This document shows, piece after piece, positions 1 through 12,486 of a DNA stretch of 64,000 nt. The stretch lies in the NCBI GenBank assembly GCA_047456295.1, contig CP179887.1, positions 239,159 through 303,158 of the forward strand. Reading direction: 5' to 3'. The position numbers and the translations under genes were made by a program. Position 1 is the stretch's first letter; every line of letters starts with the position of its first letter. This DNA is from Candidatus Nealsonbacteria bacterium (GTDB lineage Bacteria; Patescibacteriota; Minisyncoccia; Minisyncoccales; JANBVM01). The notes beneath the pieces were generated by a model, which saw only the letters and a program-made list of their open reading frames with translations, made no database searches and was not told where the DNA came from.

Positions 1-291
1 TTTTACCAATTTCTTTAACTCTTCCAATAAAACTTGTAAAACTTGTTTTTTGTTATTTTTTGTGTTTGGACCATGAGGAACAAATAAAAAATTCCCTCTT
101 TTTGCCTTAACCTTAATAACCAAAGCAACACCCACCAACCCATCACCTTCATATATACCAAACCTCCAAATCCTATCCCCCATCATCACATTAAACTCTC
201 CCCAATTCCAAGATTGTAAAAATGTTTTTTCCTCACAATTTTTCAAAAAATTCTCCCAAACATCTTTGTTATCTATTTCTCTAATCTCCAT
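1..291 (-). CDS. FemAB-family peptidoglycan interpeptide-bridge aminoacyltransferase, N-terminal part (gene runs off the window start)
   Basis: Manual minus-strand translation from ATG at 291-289 gives MEIREIDNKDVWENFLKNCEEKTFLQSWNWGEFNVMMGDRIWRFGIYEGDGLVGVALVIKVKAKRGNFLFVPHGP... The FLQSWxWGEF N-terminus is typical of FemAB/MurM-type enzymes. The frame is open to position 1. Confidence 0.55.
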   Translation of the reverse strand, partial: MEIREIDNKDVWENFLKNCEEKTFLQSWNWGEFNVMMGDRIWRFGIYEGDGLVGVALVIKVKAKRGNFLFVPHGPNTKNNKKQVLQVLLEELKKLVK

Positions 292-312
292 ATATCTATA
301 AAAATCAAGGCT

Positions 313-1956
313 CTATTCTTCTTTGGACAGGCTAAGCCTGTCCAAACTTTCTTTTGAAATCCTGCCCTCTAAAAGCACCACATCATCTTTTCCAGAAAAG
401 ACCTTTATTGTCTTTACAATTTCTTCTGGGTTTTCAATAAACAGAATTCTTTCTTTTTTCTGGCCTGAACTGATCATCCCTTCTTTTAAATCCTTGAATC
501 TATCTTTTGTGGTAATTATTGCCAAACCACAAACCTCACTAATTTTCCGACCTATTCTCTGGTGAATCTCTCTTGAGGCTTTACCCAATTCAATTAAACA
601 AGGCATAACAATTATTTTTTTAGCCTTCCAGGATTTCAGATATTCCAGATGAGAAATTACACCGTTGGGATTGCTAGAATAAGTGGAATCAATAATATTA
701 AAACCTTTGACTCCCTTTAAAATTTTCATTCCTCCCTGCTCCTGTTTTATCTTTTTACAGGCACTGGAAATCTCTTCCAAAGTCATGCCCAATTCTTTGG
801 CACAACAGGCAGCCAATAAAATATTTTCAACATTTTGAGCTCCAAGCAGATTTATTTTAAAAGAAGCTGAATCTCCATCTTTTGAAAATACCTTAAAAAC
901 AATGTATTCCTTTTCTGTCTTTATGTCTTCTGCCCAGACATCCATTTTTCCTTTGCTGGAACAAAACCTGATATCTTTTATTTTCTGATTGTAATTCTTT
1001 ATTTCAGTCCTCAAATCCTGAATTATCTTATTGTTCCCGTTAAAAATGGCTGTTCCATTCTCAGGCAAGCTCTCTATTAATTCATATTTTGCCTTTATAA
1101 TGTTTTCCAAGGATCCAAAGGTAGCCATATGCTGCTCATTAATGCCTGTTAAAATACCAATCTTTGGTTTTGTCATATCACAAAGCAGCCTTATCCCTCC
1201 CCTGTTATAGGCTCCCATTTCAGCAATAAAGATTTCATGATTTTCATTTAACTCATTTAAAATACAGTAAGATATCCCTATTTCTGAATTCTGATGCTCT
1301 CTGGTTTTTAAAACCCTGTATTTTTCAGACAGGATGGCAACTAAAAACTCTTTTGTTGAGGTCTTGCCGTAACTTCCGGTAATTCCAATGACCAACAGGT
1401 TTTTAAACCTCTGTCTTTTTCTCTTTGCTTTTTCAATAATTTGATTTTTCAATAAAACTGCCAGGGGCTGAAATAATAATACAATTCCTGAAACAATAAG
1501 AGGGGTCAAGATATCAAAAGTTAACAACCAGAAAAAGAATAAGGTTCTGTCCTGAAAAAGGCTTAGAAAATAAAAAACCTCAAAAGCACAAACAGTAGAG
1601 ATTAAAAAGATTGTTTTTTTCGTTAATACAGGTTTTTTTACTTTTCTGGAAACTGAATCCTGAAAAAACTTAATTAATTCAAGGAAATACAGAATGAACA
1701 AAGAAGATATGAAAAGGTTAAAGAAACGAGAATATCTCGCTATGGTGCCTGTAATAAAAATTAAAGCAAGAAAAGACAAGGCTAAAATTATCTTTAAGAT
1801 TAATAACCCGTTCAATAAAAGCTTCTTTCCTTTTTCCGTTCTAAAGTGATCCACAAAGCGACCGATGTGGTACTCTTTCAACTGCCACAAATAAAGCCAG
1901 AACAAGACTGCTTTTGTCTGGCGTAAAAACCAAAGAAAACTTAAAAAATAAATCAT
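313..1956 (-). CDS. murF: Mur ligase (MurF-like UDP-MurNAc-peptide D-Ala-D-Ala ligase) with an N-terminal polytopic membrane domain
   Basis: 547-aa ORF. It has the Mur ligase ATP-binding motif GITGSYGKTSTKEF and central/C-terminal Mur ligase domains. The first ~175 aa are hydrophobic helices instead of the usual cytoplasmic N-domain. Confidence 0.7.
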   Translation of the reverse strand: MIYFLSFLWFLRQTKAVLFWLYLWQLKEYHIGRFVDHFRTEKGKKLLLNGLLILKIILALSFLALIFITGTIARYSRFFNLFISSLFILYFLELIKFFQDSVSRKVKKPVLTKKTIFLISTVCAFEVFYFLSLFQDRTLFFFWLLTFDILTPLIVSGIVLLFQPLAVLLKNQIIEKAKRKRQRFKNLLVIGITGSYGKTSTKEFLVAILSEKYRVLKTREHQNSEIGISYCILNELNENHEIFIAEMGAYNRGGIRLLCDMTKPKIGILTGINEQHMATFGSLENIIKAKYELIESLPENGTAIFNGNNKIIQDLRTEIKNYNQKIKDIRFCSSKGKMDVWAEDIKTEKEYIVFKVFSKDGDSASFKINLLGAQNVENILLAACCAKELGMTLEEISSACKKIKQEQGGMKILKGVKGFNIIDSTYSSNPNGVISHLEYLKSWKAKKIIVMPCLIELGKASREIHQRIGRKISEVCGLAIITTKDRFKDLKEGMISSGQKKERILFIENPEEIVKTIKVFSGKDDVVLLEGRISKESLDRLSLSKEE

Positions 1957-1959
1957 GGG

Positions 1960-2733
1960 TTAATCTTTTAAAAAATTTAAAATAATCCCGGCTAATTTTT
2001 CAGGTGCCTCCAGATGAGGGCTGTGGCCTGTTTTGAGTAATATCTCCAGTCTTGAATTCCTTATTCTTTCTTTGAAAATATGGGCATAATGCATGGAAAT
2101 CATTCTATCTTTCTTTCCCCATACAATTAAGGTCCTTATTTTGATTTCAGATAAATAGGGCAATAAATCCTCTTGTATAACTTTTCTAATTATTTCTTTC
2201 ATAACCCCATTGGCTTTTACATAATCCCTGTTGCGTAAAAAAGTATAAAAGAGATTGCGAGCCCTGTCTTTGAATCTTGTTAAAAACCTGGGAGCAAATA
2301 TCATGTTCCCTATCATGGCTAACCAAAGAATTATTCTTGTCTTTAATCCTGGCTTGGGTTTAATGCCAGCTGGATCACACAAAATTAAAGCTTCAATCTT
2401 TTCAGGATGTCCAACAGCCAGTTTTATTCCCACCCGGCTGCCAAAAGAGTGAGCCACAACAATAAAGGTTTCCAGATTCTGAGATGCAGCAAACCCAATT
2501 GTCCAATTTACATAATCTGCAACGCTCCAGGCTTTTTGGGGAGTTCTGCTTTTTCCAAATCCCGGAAAATCAGGACAGATTACTCTATATCCTTTTTTTG
2601 CCAATATCTCCTGAACCCTTGTCCAGGAAGAGGAAGATCCTCCCCATCCATGCAAAATTAAAATAGCAGGACCTTCACCTGCAACTTTAAAATTAGCTCT
2701 AAGGTTATTGATTAAAACTGCTTTTTCTTGCAT
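1960..2733 (-). CDS. alpha/beta-fold hydrolase
   Basis: 257-aa ORF with an HGWGGS oxyanion region and an AHSFGS nucleophile elbow (GxSxG-like). Confidence 0.75.
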   Translation of the reverse strand: MQEKAVLINNLRANFKVAGEGPAILILHGWGGSSSSWTRVQEILAKKGYRVICPDFPGFGKSRTPQKAWSVADYVNWTIGFAASQNLETFIVVAHSFGSRVGIKLAVGHPEKIEALILCDPAGIKPKPGLKTRIILWLAMIGNMIFAPRFLTRFKDRARNLFYTFLRNRDYVKANGVMKEIIRKVIQEDLLPYLSEIKIRTLIVWGKKDRMISMHYAHIFKERIRNSRLEILLKTGHSPHLEAPEKLAGIILNFLKD

Positions 2734-2747
2734 AGCTAAATAGACTT

Positions 2748-4010
2748 TTAACCAATCTTTTTAAATCTAACATATTTCTGTAAAACCCCTGGCACCTTCA
2801 CGCTTCCGTCCTTTTGCTGGTAATTTTCAATAAGAGGAATTAAAATTCTTGGCACAGCAATACCGGTATTATTCAACGAGTGAACAAATTTAAGCTGACC
2901 GGTTTTTGTCCGATAACGGATATTTAATCTGCGGGCTTGAAAATCAAAAAGATAAGAATCTGAATGGGTTTCTCTGTATTTTTCCTGTGAAGGAACCCAG
3001 ATTTCAATATCATATCTTTTAACCTGACCATCAGCCAGGTCTCCTGCACAACAATTAACCACTCGATAGGGCAGGCCCAGGGCCTGCACAAGTCCTTCAG
3101 AGTTTTTAAGAAGTTGCTCATGCCATCTTATGGATTCATTTTCATTATTTTTGCAAAGAATGACCTGCTCTGTCTGCCAGAATTCATGAACCCGCAGGAT
3201 TCCCCTGGTATCCTTACCATAACTCCCTACTTCTCTCCTGAAGGCCTCAGAAATTCCAACATATTTTTTGGGTAATTCCTCTTCTTTTAGTATTTCATTG
3301 GCATGATAAGCCATTAAGGGAACCTCTGTTGTTCCAGCTAAGAATAAATTGTCATTTGTTTTATAGGTCTCTTTCTTTCCCCTGGGAAACATTCCTGTTC
3401 CAATCATGGCAAATTCTTTTACCATTATTGTTGGTCTAAGGGGACTAAATCCTTTTTTGATCAAGTAATCAAGCGACCATCTTAAAAGAGCCTGTTCAAG
3501 CAAAACAGCTTCATTCTTAATCACATATTGCCTAAATCCACCAATCTTTGCCCCCCGTTTTAAATCCAATAAATCCAAAGATTCCATAAGGGTTATATAA
3601 TCTTTGGGAGGAAAATTAAATTTTGGTGGTTTACCCCAAGACTTAACCTCAACATTATCTTTATCTGCTCTGCCCTCTGGAACATCAAAAGCTGGAGGAA
3701 TGGGAACCTGAAACATCAATTCATTAAATTCCTTTTCAAGGCCTTTTAAAGTTTTTTCCAGTCTGTCGTTGCTTTTATCCAACTCCCTCATCTGTAAGAT
3801 TATTTTCTGTTTTTCTCTCTTATCTTCTGCAGCTGCTATCTGTTTTGAAGCCTTGTTCTTTTTAGCCCGCATGTCTTCCAAAGCTGACAATGCCTCCCGT
3901 CTTTTTTTGTCCACTCTTAAAAGCTTGTCAATATCAACTTTAACCTGTTTTTTTTGACAGCCTTGTTTAACCTTGTCAGGATTTTCCCGAATGAATTTAA
4001 TATCTAACAT
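2748..4010 (-). CDS. serS: seryl-tRNA synthetase
   Basis: 420-aa ORF with an N-terminal coiled-coil arm (MLDIKFIRENPD...) and a class II core (GTTEVPL, FRRE..S.GKDTRG, SLNNTG). Confidence 0.95.
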   Translation of the reverse strand: MLDIKFIRENPDKVKQGCQKKQVKVDIDKLLRVDKKRREALSALEDMRAKKNKASKQIAAAEDKREKQKIILQMRELDKSNDRLEKTLKGLEKEFNELMFQVPIPPAFDVPEGRADKDNVEVKSWGKPPKFNFPPKDYITLMESLDLLDLKRGAKIGGFRQYVIKNEAVLLEQALLRWSLDYLIKKGFSPLRPTIMVKEFAMIGTGMFPRGKKETYKTNDNLFLAGTTEVPLMAYHANEILKEEELPKKYVGISEAFRREVGSYGKDTRGILRVHEFWQTEQVILCKNNENESIRWHEQLLKNSEGLVQALGLPYRVVNCCAGDLADGQVKRYDIEIWVPSQEKYRETHSDSYLFDFQARRLNIRYRTKTGQLKFVHSLNNTGIAVPRILIPLIENYQQKDGSVKVPGVLQKYVRFKKIG

Positions 4011-4012
4011 AA

Positions 4013-5479
4013 CTAAGTTTTAGGTCTCATTGTGGGAAATAATATTACCTCTCTCAAAGAATGGGAATCAGTCAATAAAGCCACCAGTCTGTCCATACCC
4101 ATACCAAAGCCAGCAGCAGGGGGCATTCCATGTTCTAAGGCCTCCAAGAAATCCTCGTCCATTCTTTGAGCCTCTTTGAGTCCTGCCTCATAAAGCTTTT
4201 CCTGCTCCTTGAATCTTTCTCTTTGTTCAATGGGATTATTGAGTTCGGAAAAAGCATTAAGCAATTCCCATCCTGCAACAACCAACTGGAAATTAGCTAA
4301 TTTATTGGGATGTTTTTCCAATGCCTTAGCTAAAGGCTGAAACCCCAGAGGATAGTGGACAACAAAGGTTGGTTGTTGAATCTTTGGCCGGCAAAACTTT
4401 TTGAAAATCTCATCTGCAATCTCTGGTTTGGAAGCTCCCTTCTCAATCACCACTCCCAGTGACCTGGCTTTCTTTGCCAGGGTGTTTCTGTCTATCTCTT
4501 CCAAATCTATTTTTGTCTCTTTTTTAATAACATTAAAAAATTCAATCCTTGGCCAGGGAGTTTTAAAATCAAGCTCTTTGCCTTCATAGGTAATTTTCAG
4601 CTTCCCGAATATATTTTTAAGAATATGATTAAACATTCTCTCGGTCAACTTCATCAGCTCTTTATAATCTGCATAGGCCCAGTAAAATTCAAGCATGGTG
4701 AAATCAGGATTATGAGATCTGTCTACGCCCTCGTTCCTGAAACACTTTCCTATCTCATATATTTTTTCAAACCCTCCCACCAGGAGCCTTTTTAAATAAA
4801 GCTCAAGGGCTATCCTTAAATACATATCAATGTTTAAGGCATTCAAATGGGTCTTAAAAGGCCTGGCCCTTGCTCCCCCGTACAGGTTTTGCAATATAGG
4901 GGTTTCTACCTCCAAAAATCCTTCTTTGTCCAAAAAACTTCTTATTTCCTTGATAATCTTTGAACGAATCTCAAATTTCCCCTTAACCTCAGGATTAAAA
5001 ATTAAATCCAGATACCTCTTTCTGTATCTTTCTTCAATCTCTTTTAAACCATGCCACTTTTCAGGCAGGGGCAGGAGGCTCTTGGTCAGCATTTTAAAAT
5101 CAGCTGCTTCAATTGTCTTTTCTCCTTTTTTGGTCTTAAATAAAATCCCCCTTACTTCCATAAAGTCTCCTATATCGAAATTATCCAGAAAAAATTTATA
5201 TCTTTTCTCCCCCAACCTGTCTTTTTTAAAAAAGGCCTGGATCCTGCCAGTCCCGTCTTCAATATGTAAAAAACTTGACCCGCCGTGAACCCTTAAAAGC
5301 CTGATTCTTCCCGCTAAAACTATTTCCTTTTCTTTACGAGAAAAACCACCAAAACCCTTTAAGGCCTCTTGTATTTTGTGGGTTCTTTTGGTTTTTAAGG
5401 GATAAGCTGAAAACCCGGCACTCTCAATTGCCTTTAATTTTTTAAGTCTAAATTTTCTTATCTTGTCTTTGGTAGCCAT
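4013..5479 (-). CDS. lysS: lysyl-tRNA synthetase, class II
   Basis: 488-aa ORF with an OB anticodon-binding domain and a class IIb core (FLEVETPIL, YLRIALELYLKRL, CFRNEG, GFGMGMDRL). Confidence 0.95.
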   Translation of the reverse strand: MATKDKIRKFRLKKLKAIESAGFSAYPLKTKRTHKIQEALKGFGGFSRKEKEIVLAGRIRLLRVHGGSSFLHIEDGTGRIQAFFKKDRLGEKRYKFFLDNFDIGDFMEVRGILFKTKKGEKTIEAADFKMLTKSLLPLPEKWHGLKEIEERYRKRYLDLIFNPEVKGKFEIRSKIIKEIRSFLDKEGFLEVETPILQNLYGGARARPFKTHLNALNIDMYLRIALELYLKRLLVGGFEKIYEIGKCFRNEGVDRSHNPDFTMLEFYWAYADYKELMKLTERMFNHILKNIFGKLKITYEGKELDFKTPWPRIEFFNVIKKETKIDLEEIDRNTLAKKARSLGVVIEKGASKPEIADEIFKKFCRPKIQQPTFVVHYPLGFQPLAKALEKHPNKLANFQLVVAGWELLNAFSELNNPIEQRERFKEQEKLYEAGLKEAQRMDEDFLEALEHGMPPAAGFGMGMDRLVALLTDSHSLREVILFPTMRPKT

Positions 5480-5554
5480 ATTTTTAATTCTTGAACATAA
5501 AGAATAAAAGATAGAAATTTTCGCCCGCTATTTCTCATTTTATATAATTTTTAG

Positions 5555-7528
5555 CTATTTAGTAAAGTACCAATTTAACACTTCTTTAGCTACCGGGAGG
5601 GCTGCTGCTCTTATACCTTCAACCTCTTCAATCATAATAGTTAAAAGAATTTCAGGATTGTCATAAGGAGCAAAAACTGTCACCCAGTTGTGATAAAGAT
5701 TTTCAGCTGGGGTTTCAGCAGTTCCTGTTTTGGCAGCAGCTGAAACCGGTAAAGAGCTCAGCGAAACTGCTGAAGCATGGGGACTGTTCATTCCAGTTAC
5801 AGCTTGTCGCATTCCCTCTCTTACTATCTCAATATTTTTCAAATCAATGAAATTTTCTCGGATAACTTTTGGTTCTATTTCTTCTACTACTCTCATTGGG
5901 TTTATTGATGCATCAACAATTTGTTTTACAACTTGGGGTTGCAAGAGCTTACCACCATTAGCTATGGGTAAAAAACTGGTAACTACTTCCAAAGGAGTGA
6001 CTAAAAGATAACTTTGACCGATGGAAAGATAATAAGTATCTCCATCCCACCAACCTTGACCCAAAACTCTCTTTTTCCATTCCTTATCAGGAATAAAACC
6101 TGTTGATTCAAATGGAAGAGCAATTCCTGTTTCTTCTCCCCAGCCAAATAACTCTAAATATTGCTTAATCTTGGTAGGACCCAAACCCTTTTGCTCTTCA
6201 TAACCACCGCCAATTTGGTAAAAATAAACATTGCAAGATTCAGCAATAGCTTTTCTTAGGTCAGTCCACCCATGGGTTCTGTCTTCATACTCCCAAATTT
6301 TCTCAGGGTCCCAAAAATCTTGAACTGTAATTTTTCCCTGACAGTTAATTTTTTTGTCAGGACTAATTATTCCTTCCTGCAAGGCAGCTGAAGCTATCAA
6401 GGGTTTGATGGTAGAACCTGTGGTATAACGGCCGGAAATTACACGGTTAAAAAGAGGTTTATCTTCATTGTTCAATATCTCCTCTATCTTCTCTGACTGT
6501 CCCATTGAAAAAGCATTGTTGTCAAAATAAGGAAGGGAAACCAGAGACAAAACTCCTCCTGTTCTTGGATCCAGGGCCACAGCTACTGCTGATTTTGCCC
6601 CCACTATCTGAAGCTCTTTTTCTAACTCCTCTGTGATCTTTTCTTGTAAATCAGAATCCAACCACAGGACCACACTCTTTCCTGATTCTGGAAGAGAGAT
6701 TATTTCTTTTGAGATTATGTTTCCCAGGGCATCTCGTTCAATCCTTATCTTTCCCGGATTTTTCCTTAAAACCTCTTCATAGGATTTTTCAATCCCGGTC
6801 CTGCCCACATAATCTGAAATGGAATAAAATTCAGGGTCTTCTCTTAATTCTTCTTTCCTTATCTTGCCCATATAACCTATCAAATGGGAAAAACCCTGGC
6901 CTTGCCTGTAATCCCTGATTAAATGTTGTTCTATCTCAAATCCGGGGAGTTCTCCAATCTTCGTTTCCAGAATAATCAGTGTTTGATGGTCCAGGTTCTC
7001 AGAAATTAAAACCGCTGAATCTTCCTCTTTTTCAATAATATCTTTGAGAACCTGATAATCCATTTGTAAGACCTGGGAAACCTCCCTTAAAATTTCCTCC
7101 TGTTCTATTTCAGATTGAGGAAGACTGTTTTTTTCACAAACCAGGTCAAAACTTAAAAGGTTAAAAACCATTTGTTTTAAATTGCTATCATATATTACCC
7201 CTCTTTCAGCCTGTATTTTACGCCAAAAATATTTATTTTCATTAGCCTGGGCTAAAAAATTCTCCCCCTCCAGCACCTGAAGCTGAAAGGTTCTCAAAAA
7301 AAGAACACACAGCGCTAAGATTGAAAAGAATAAAAACCTCTGAATGATGTTTTTTAAAAGAGGCACCTCAATCTTTCTCTTTGAAACACCCCCTTCCTCC
7401 TCTCCCCTTTTTGCCAGTCTATCTAAAAGAATCTCATGGGGTTCAATATTCTTTGCAAACCGGAGTTTTAATTTTCTTTTGTTGAAATATCCATCCATTG
7501 TACCACTTTTTTTATATTCTCGGCCCAA
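5555..7528 (-). CDS. mrdA: penicillin-binding protein 2 (elongation-specific transpeptidase)
   Basis: 657-aa ORF with an N-terminal TM anchor, a PBP dimerisation domain and transpeptidase motifs (STIKP = SxxK; KTGTA = KTG). It lies next to mreC/mreD. The true start may be an internal Met. Confidence 0.85.
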   Translation of the reverse strand: MGREYKKSGTMDGYFNKRKLKLRFAKNIEPHEILLDRLAKRGEEEGGVSKRKIEVPLLKNIIQRFLFFSILALCVLFLRTFQLQVLEGENFLAQANENKYFWRKIQAERGVIYDSNLKQMVFNLLSFDLVCEKNSLPQSEIEQEEILREVSQVLQMDYQVLKDIIEKEEDSAVLISENLDHQTLIILETKIGELPGFEIEQHLIRDYRQGQGFSHLIGYMGKIRKEELREDPEFYSISDYVGRTGIEKSYEEVLRKNPGKIRIERDALGNIISKEIISLPESGKSVVLWLDSDLQEKITEELEKELQIVGAKSAVAVALDPRTGGVLSLVSLPYFDNNAFSMGQSEKIEEILNNEDKPLFNRVISGRYTTGSTIKPLIASAALQEGIISPDKKINCQGKITVQDFWDPEKIWEYEDRTHGWTDLRKAIAESCNVYFYQIGGGYEEQKGLGPTKIKQYLELFGWGEETGIALPFESTGFIPDKEWKKRVLGQGWWDGDTYYLSIGQSYLLVTPLEVVTSFLPIANGGKLLQPQVVKQIVDASINPMRVVEEIEPKVIRENFIDLKNIEIVREGMRQAVTGMNSPHASAVSLSSLPVSAAAKTGTAETPAENLYHNWVTVFAPYDNPEILLTIMIEEVEGIRAAALPVAKEVLNWYFTK

Positions 7529-7706
7529 GTTTGGATTAAATCTAATTGAAAACCCTTATCAAACCTGGTTTCTTTAAGTATATCCCAATTTAATTTAAAT
7601 AAAAAGTTCCTCTTTTTTATTTCTGAGCATCCTGCAACAATCAAAGAACATCAAAAAAACAAGGTTTTTAAACCTTGCTCCACATTAAATGAAATATATC
7701 TGGCAA

Positions 7707-7991
7707 CTATTTAATATATTTTTTAAGCACCAGTTTAATGAAAAGAGAAAGAGAAAGACAAATCAAGACATGGTATCCAATGAAATTTTCAGAAAAGATA
7801 TCCAGAAAAAATCCAGCGATAAAACCTGAAAAAATGCCGAAATTATCTTTTTGTCTCTCAGAAAGATTAATCAGCACTATTATGATTAAAAGGAGATTTG
7901 GCAGATAACCAAAAAAATGAACAAAAAAACTGGTCTGGAGCAAGATCAGAAAGTAAGAAAACAGGGTAAAACCTATGAGTTTTTTTATCAT
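7707..7991 (-). CDS. mreD: small polytopic membrane protein, probable MreD
   Basis: 94-aa hydrophobic ORF immediately downstream of mreC and upstream of PBP2. The call rests on position and composition only. Confidence 0.45.
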   Translation of the reverse strand: MIKKLIGFTLFSYFLILLQTSFFVHFFGYLPNLLLIIIVLINLSERQKDNFGIFSGFIAGFFLDIFSENFIGYHVLICLSLSLFIKLVLKKYIK

Positions 7992-7994
7992 TAT

Positions 7995-8861
7995 CTAAAA
8001 CTTAAAATTTGTAATAATAAACACGTAATCCAATTCTCTAATCTCAAAACCAGGTTTGATTTCAGCTTCCTGAAAAGATTTGATGTCTGATTTTCTAATA
8101 TCTTTAATCTCACCCACTAAAAGCCCTTGAGGGAAATTTCCGCCCAAAACACTGGTAATTACCTTATCTCCTATCTTAACTTCCTCTTCCCAAGGAATGA
8201 GATCAAGTAAAAGCTTAAGATTATTGTTTCCTTTTGCCAGACCATAGATTTCCTTTTCAAATATTTCAACGTCAAAAGAACTGTTTTTTGAAGTCAGGAG
8301 CTGAACCTTTGAAACATTATCGTAAACCTCAGTGATTTTACCCACCAAGGACTTTTGCTGGGTAATTACCGGAAAGCCCAGAGATAACCTGTCTCCAGAG
8401 CCCTTGTCAATCATTAAAAAATCCTCAGATATGTCTTTGCCAATTACCTGAGAGATTTTCAAGTCAAACTCCTGTTTTAAGTCCAGGTTCAAGGCTGTCC
8501 TTAAAACCTCGTTTTCTTTCCTTAACTGCTCTATTTCTATGTCTTTAATTATTAATTCCTGATTCTGCAATTCAAATCTTTCATTCTCTTCATTAAATCT
8601 TTTTGCTTCTGATATCGTCTCAAAAAAGTCAGACATTACACTTCCTTCTTTCCAGAACCATGCCTGAACAGGTTCAGATATTGAATAAAAGAAATCTTTC
8701 ATCTGACCTGAAACAGAAGATAGATTTAAAACAAAGAAAAAAATGATTATTAAAACTATTATTATTAATCTTACACTTAAAGAAGGGATTCTATTTGTCC
8801 GGAATATCTTTTTATCTTTTTTATTAAATATCCCAATCTGTTTTTGGTTTAAAAATCTCAT
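7995..8861 (-). CDS. mreC: rod shape-determining protein MreC
   Basis: The ORF-track entry 7995-8981 is trimmed to Met41 (MRFLNQKQ...) because the upstream 120 nt overlap the 5S rRNA. The protein has a TM anchor, a coiled coil and an MreC beta-barrel region (GFPVITQQKSLVGKITEV, GLLVGEIKDI). Confidence 0.8.
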   Translation of the reverse strand: MRFLNQKQIGIFNKKDKKIFRTNRIPSLSVRLIIIVLIIIFFFVLNLSSVSGQMKDFFYSISEPVQAWFWKEGSVMSDFFETISEAKRFNEENERFELQNQELIIKDIEIEQLRKENEVLRTALNLDLKQEFDLKISQVIGKDISEDFLMIDKGSGDRLSLGFPVITQQKSLVGKITEVYDNVSKVQLLTSKNSSFDVEIFEKEIYGLAKGNNNLKLLLDLIPWEEEVKIGDKVITSVLGGNFPQGLLVGEIKDIRKSDIKSFQEAEIKPGFEIRELDYVFIITNFKF

Positions 8862-8867
8862 TGCTTT

Positions 8868-8897
8868 ATTATAACCCAAAGAAAGATATCCAGTAAA
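8868..8897 (-). promoter_or_regulatory. candidate promoter of mreC (TTTACT-N18-TATAAT), with the -10 box only 6 nt from the ATG
   Basis: The minus strand reads TTTACTggatatctttctttgggtTATAATaaagcaATG. Confidence 0.45.
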
Positions 8898-8933
8898 CAG
8901 CGTCAGAATAAACAGCTTTAAGGAAACAAAAAA

Positions 8934-9059
8934 GGCGCTTAAATGGCAACTACCTACTTTTGCGGGAAAACCCACTATCATCGGCCTTGGATTATTTCAC
9001 TTCTGTGTTCGAAATGGGAACAGGTGGAGCAAATCCAGTATAGTCGCCATTAAAACGCC
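8934..9059 (-). rRNA. rrf: 5S rRNA (ends approximate; includes the extended terminal helix)
   Basis: The reverse complement contains GGCGACTATACTGG...CCACCTGTTCCCATTTCGAACACAGAAGTGAAA...GCCGATGATAGTGGG...AGTAGGTAGTTGCC. The terminal helix pairs GGCGTTTTAATGGCGAC with GTTGCCATTTAAGCGCC. Confidence 0.85.
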
Positions 9060-9126
9060 CTTTTTATGAGAATTCAAATTTCAAATCTTAAACATCAAAA
9101 ATTAAACTTTTGTTTCGCAAAATTTT

Positions 9127-12144
<3,018 letters not shown>

Positions 12145-12284
12145 AAAATTCTGCAAAGCAAAATTTAAATTTTTGACTAACGAATATTGACCTTTTCGTT
12201 GAATTTCTTTTTCCTTATTAAAATGTAAGGTTCTTTCCTGTCCTATCTTTTACAGATACTTTAATTAAAGCATCTTATTAAATC

Positions 12285-12306
12285 AAAAAACCGCTTCCAA
12301 AAGCGG
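12285..12306 (-). terminator. intrinsic terminator-like hairpin between the membrane-protein gene and 23S
   Basis: The minus strand reads CCGCTT-TTGG-AAGCGG followed by TTTTTTG. Confidence 0.55.
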
Positions 12307-12486
12307 CTTTCGGTTAAAAGAAAAACTTAAAACCTAACCGCTTTTTATGTAAATCTTTTCTTTCCAGTATTTTTTCTCCATATCTAGCTTAATGTTATCA
12401 AAACAAACATATATGTCAAGGGGTTTCCGAAATTATTCAGAAACCCCAAAACAAGCTTAAAAATTTATTTAAGCTGAGTGAATTCT

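Noticed and set aside
4830-5288. Long antisense ORFs inside well-supported genes (for example 4830-5288 in lysS, 33035-33499 in the SDR gene, 34343-34705 in thiI, 40577-40906 in eno, 43619-43930 in ftsZ, 54152-54442 in the helicase gene)
   Set aside because: Each is antisense to a gene with strong family motifs and has Ser/Phe/Leu/Ile-rich low-information translations. They are regarded as shadow ORFs.
8862-8981. The N-terminal 40 codons of the track ORF for MreC
   Set aside because: They overlap the 5S rRNA gene. A TATAAT box and an in-frame Met at 8861 give a better start.
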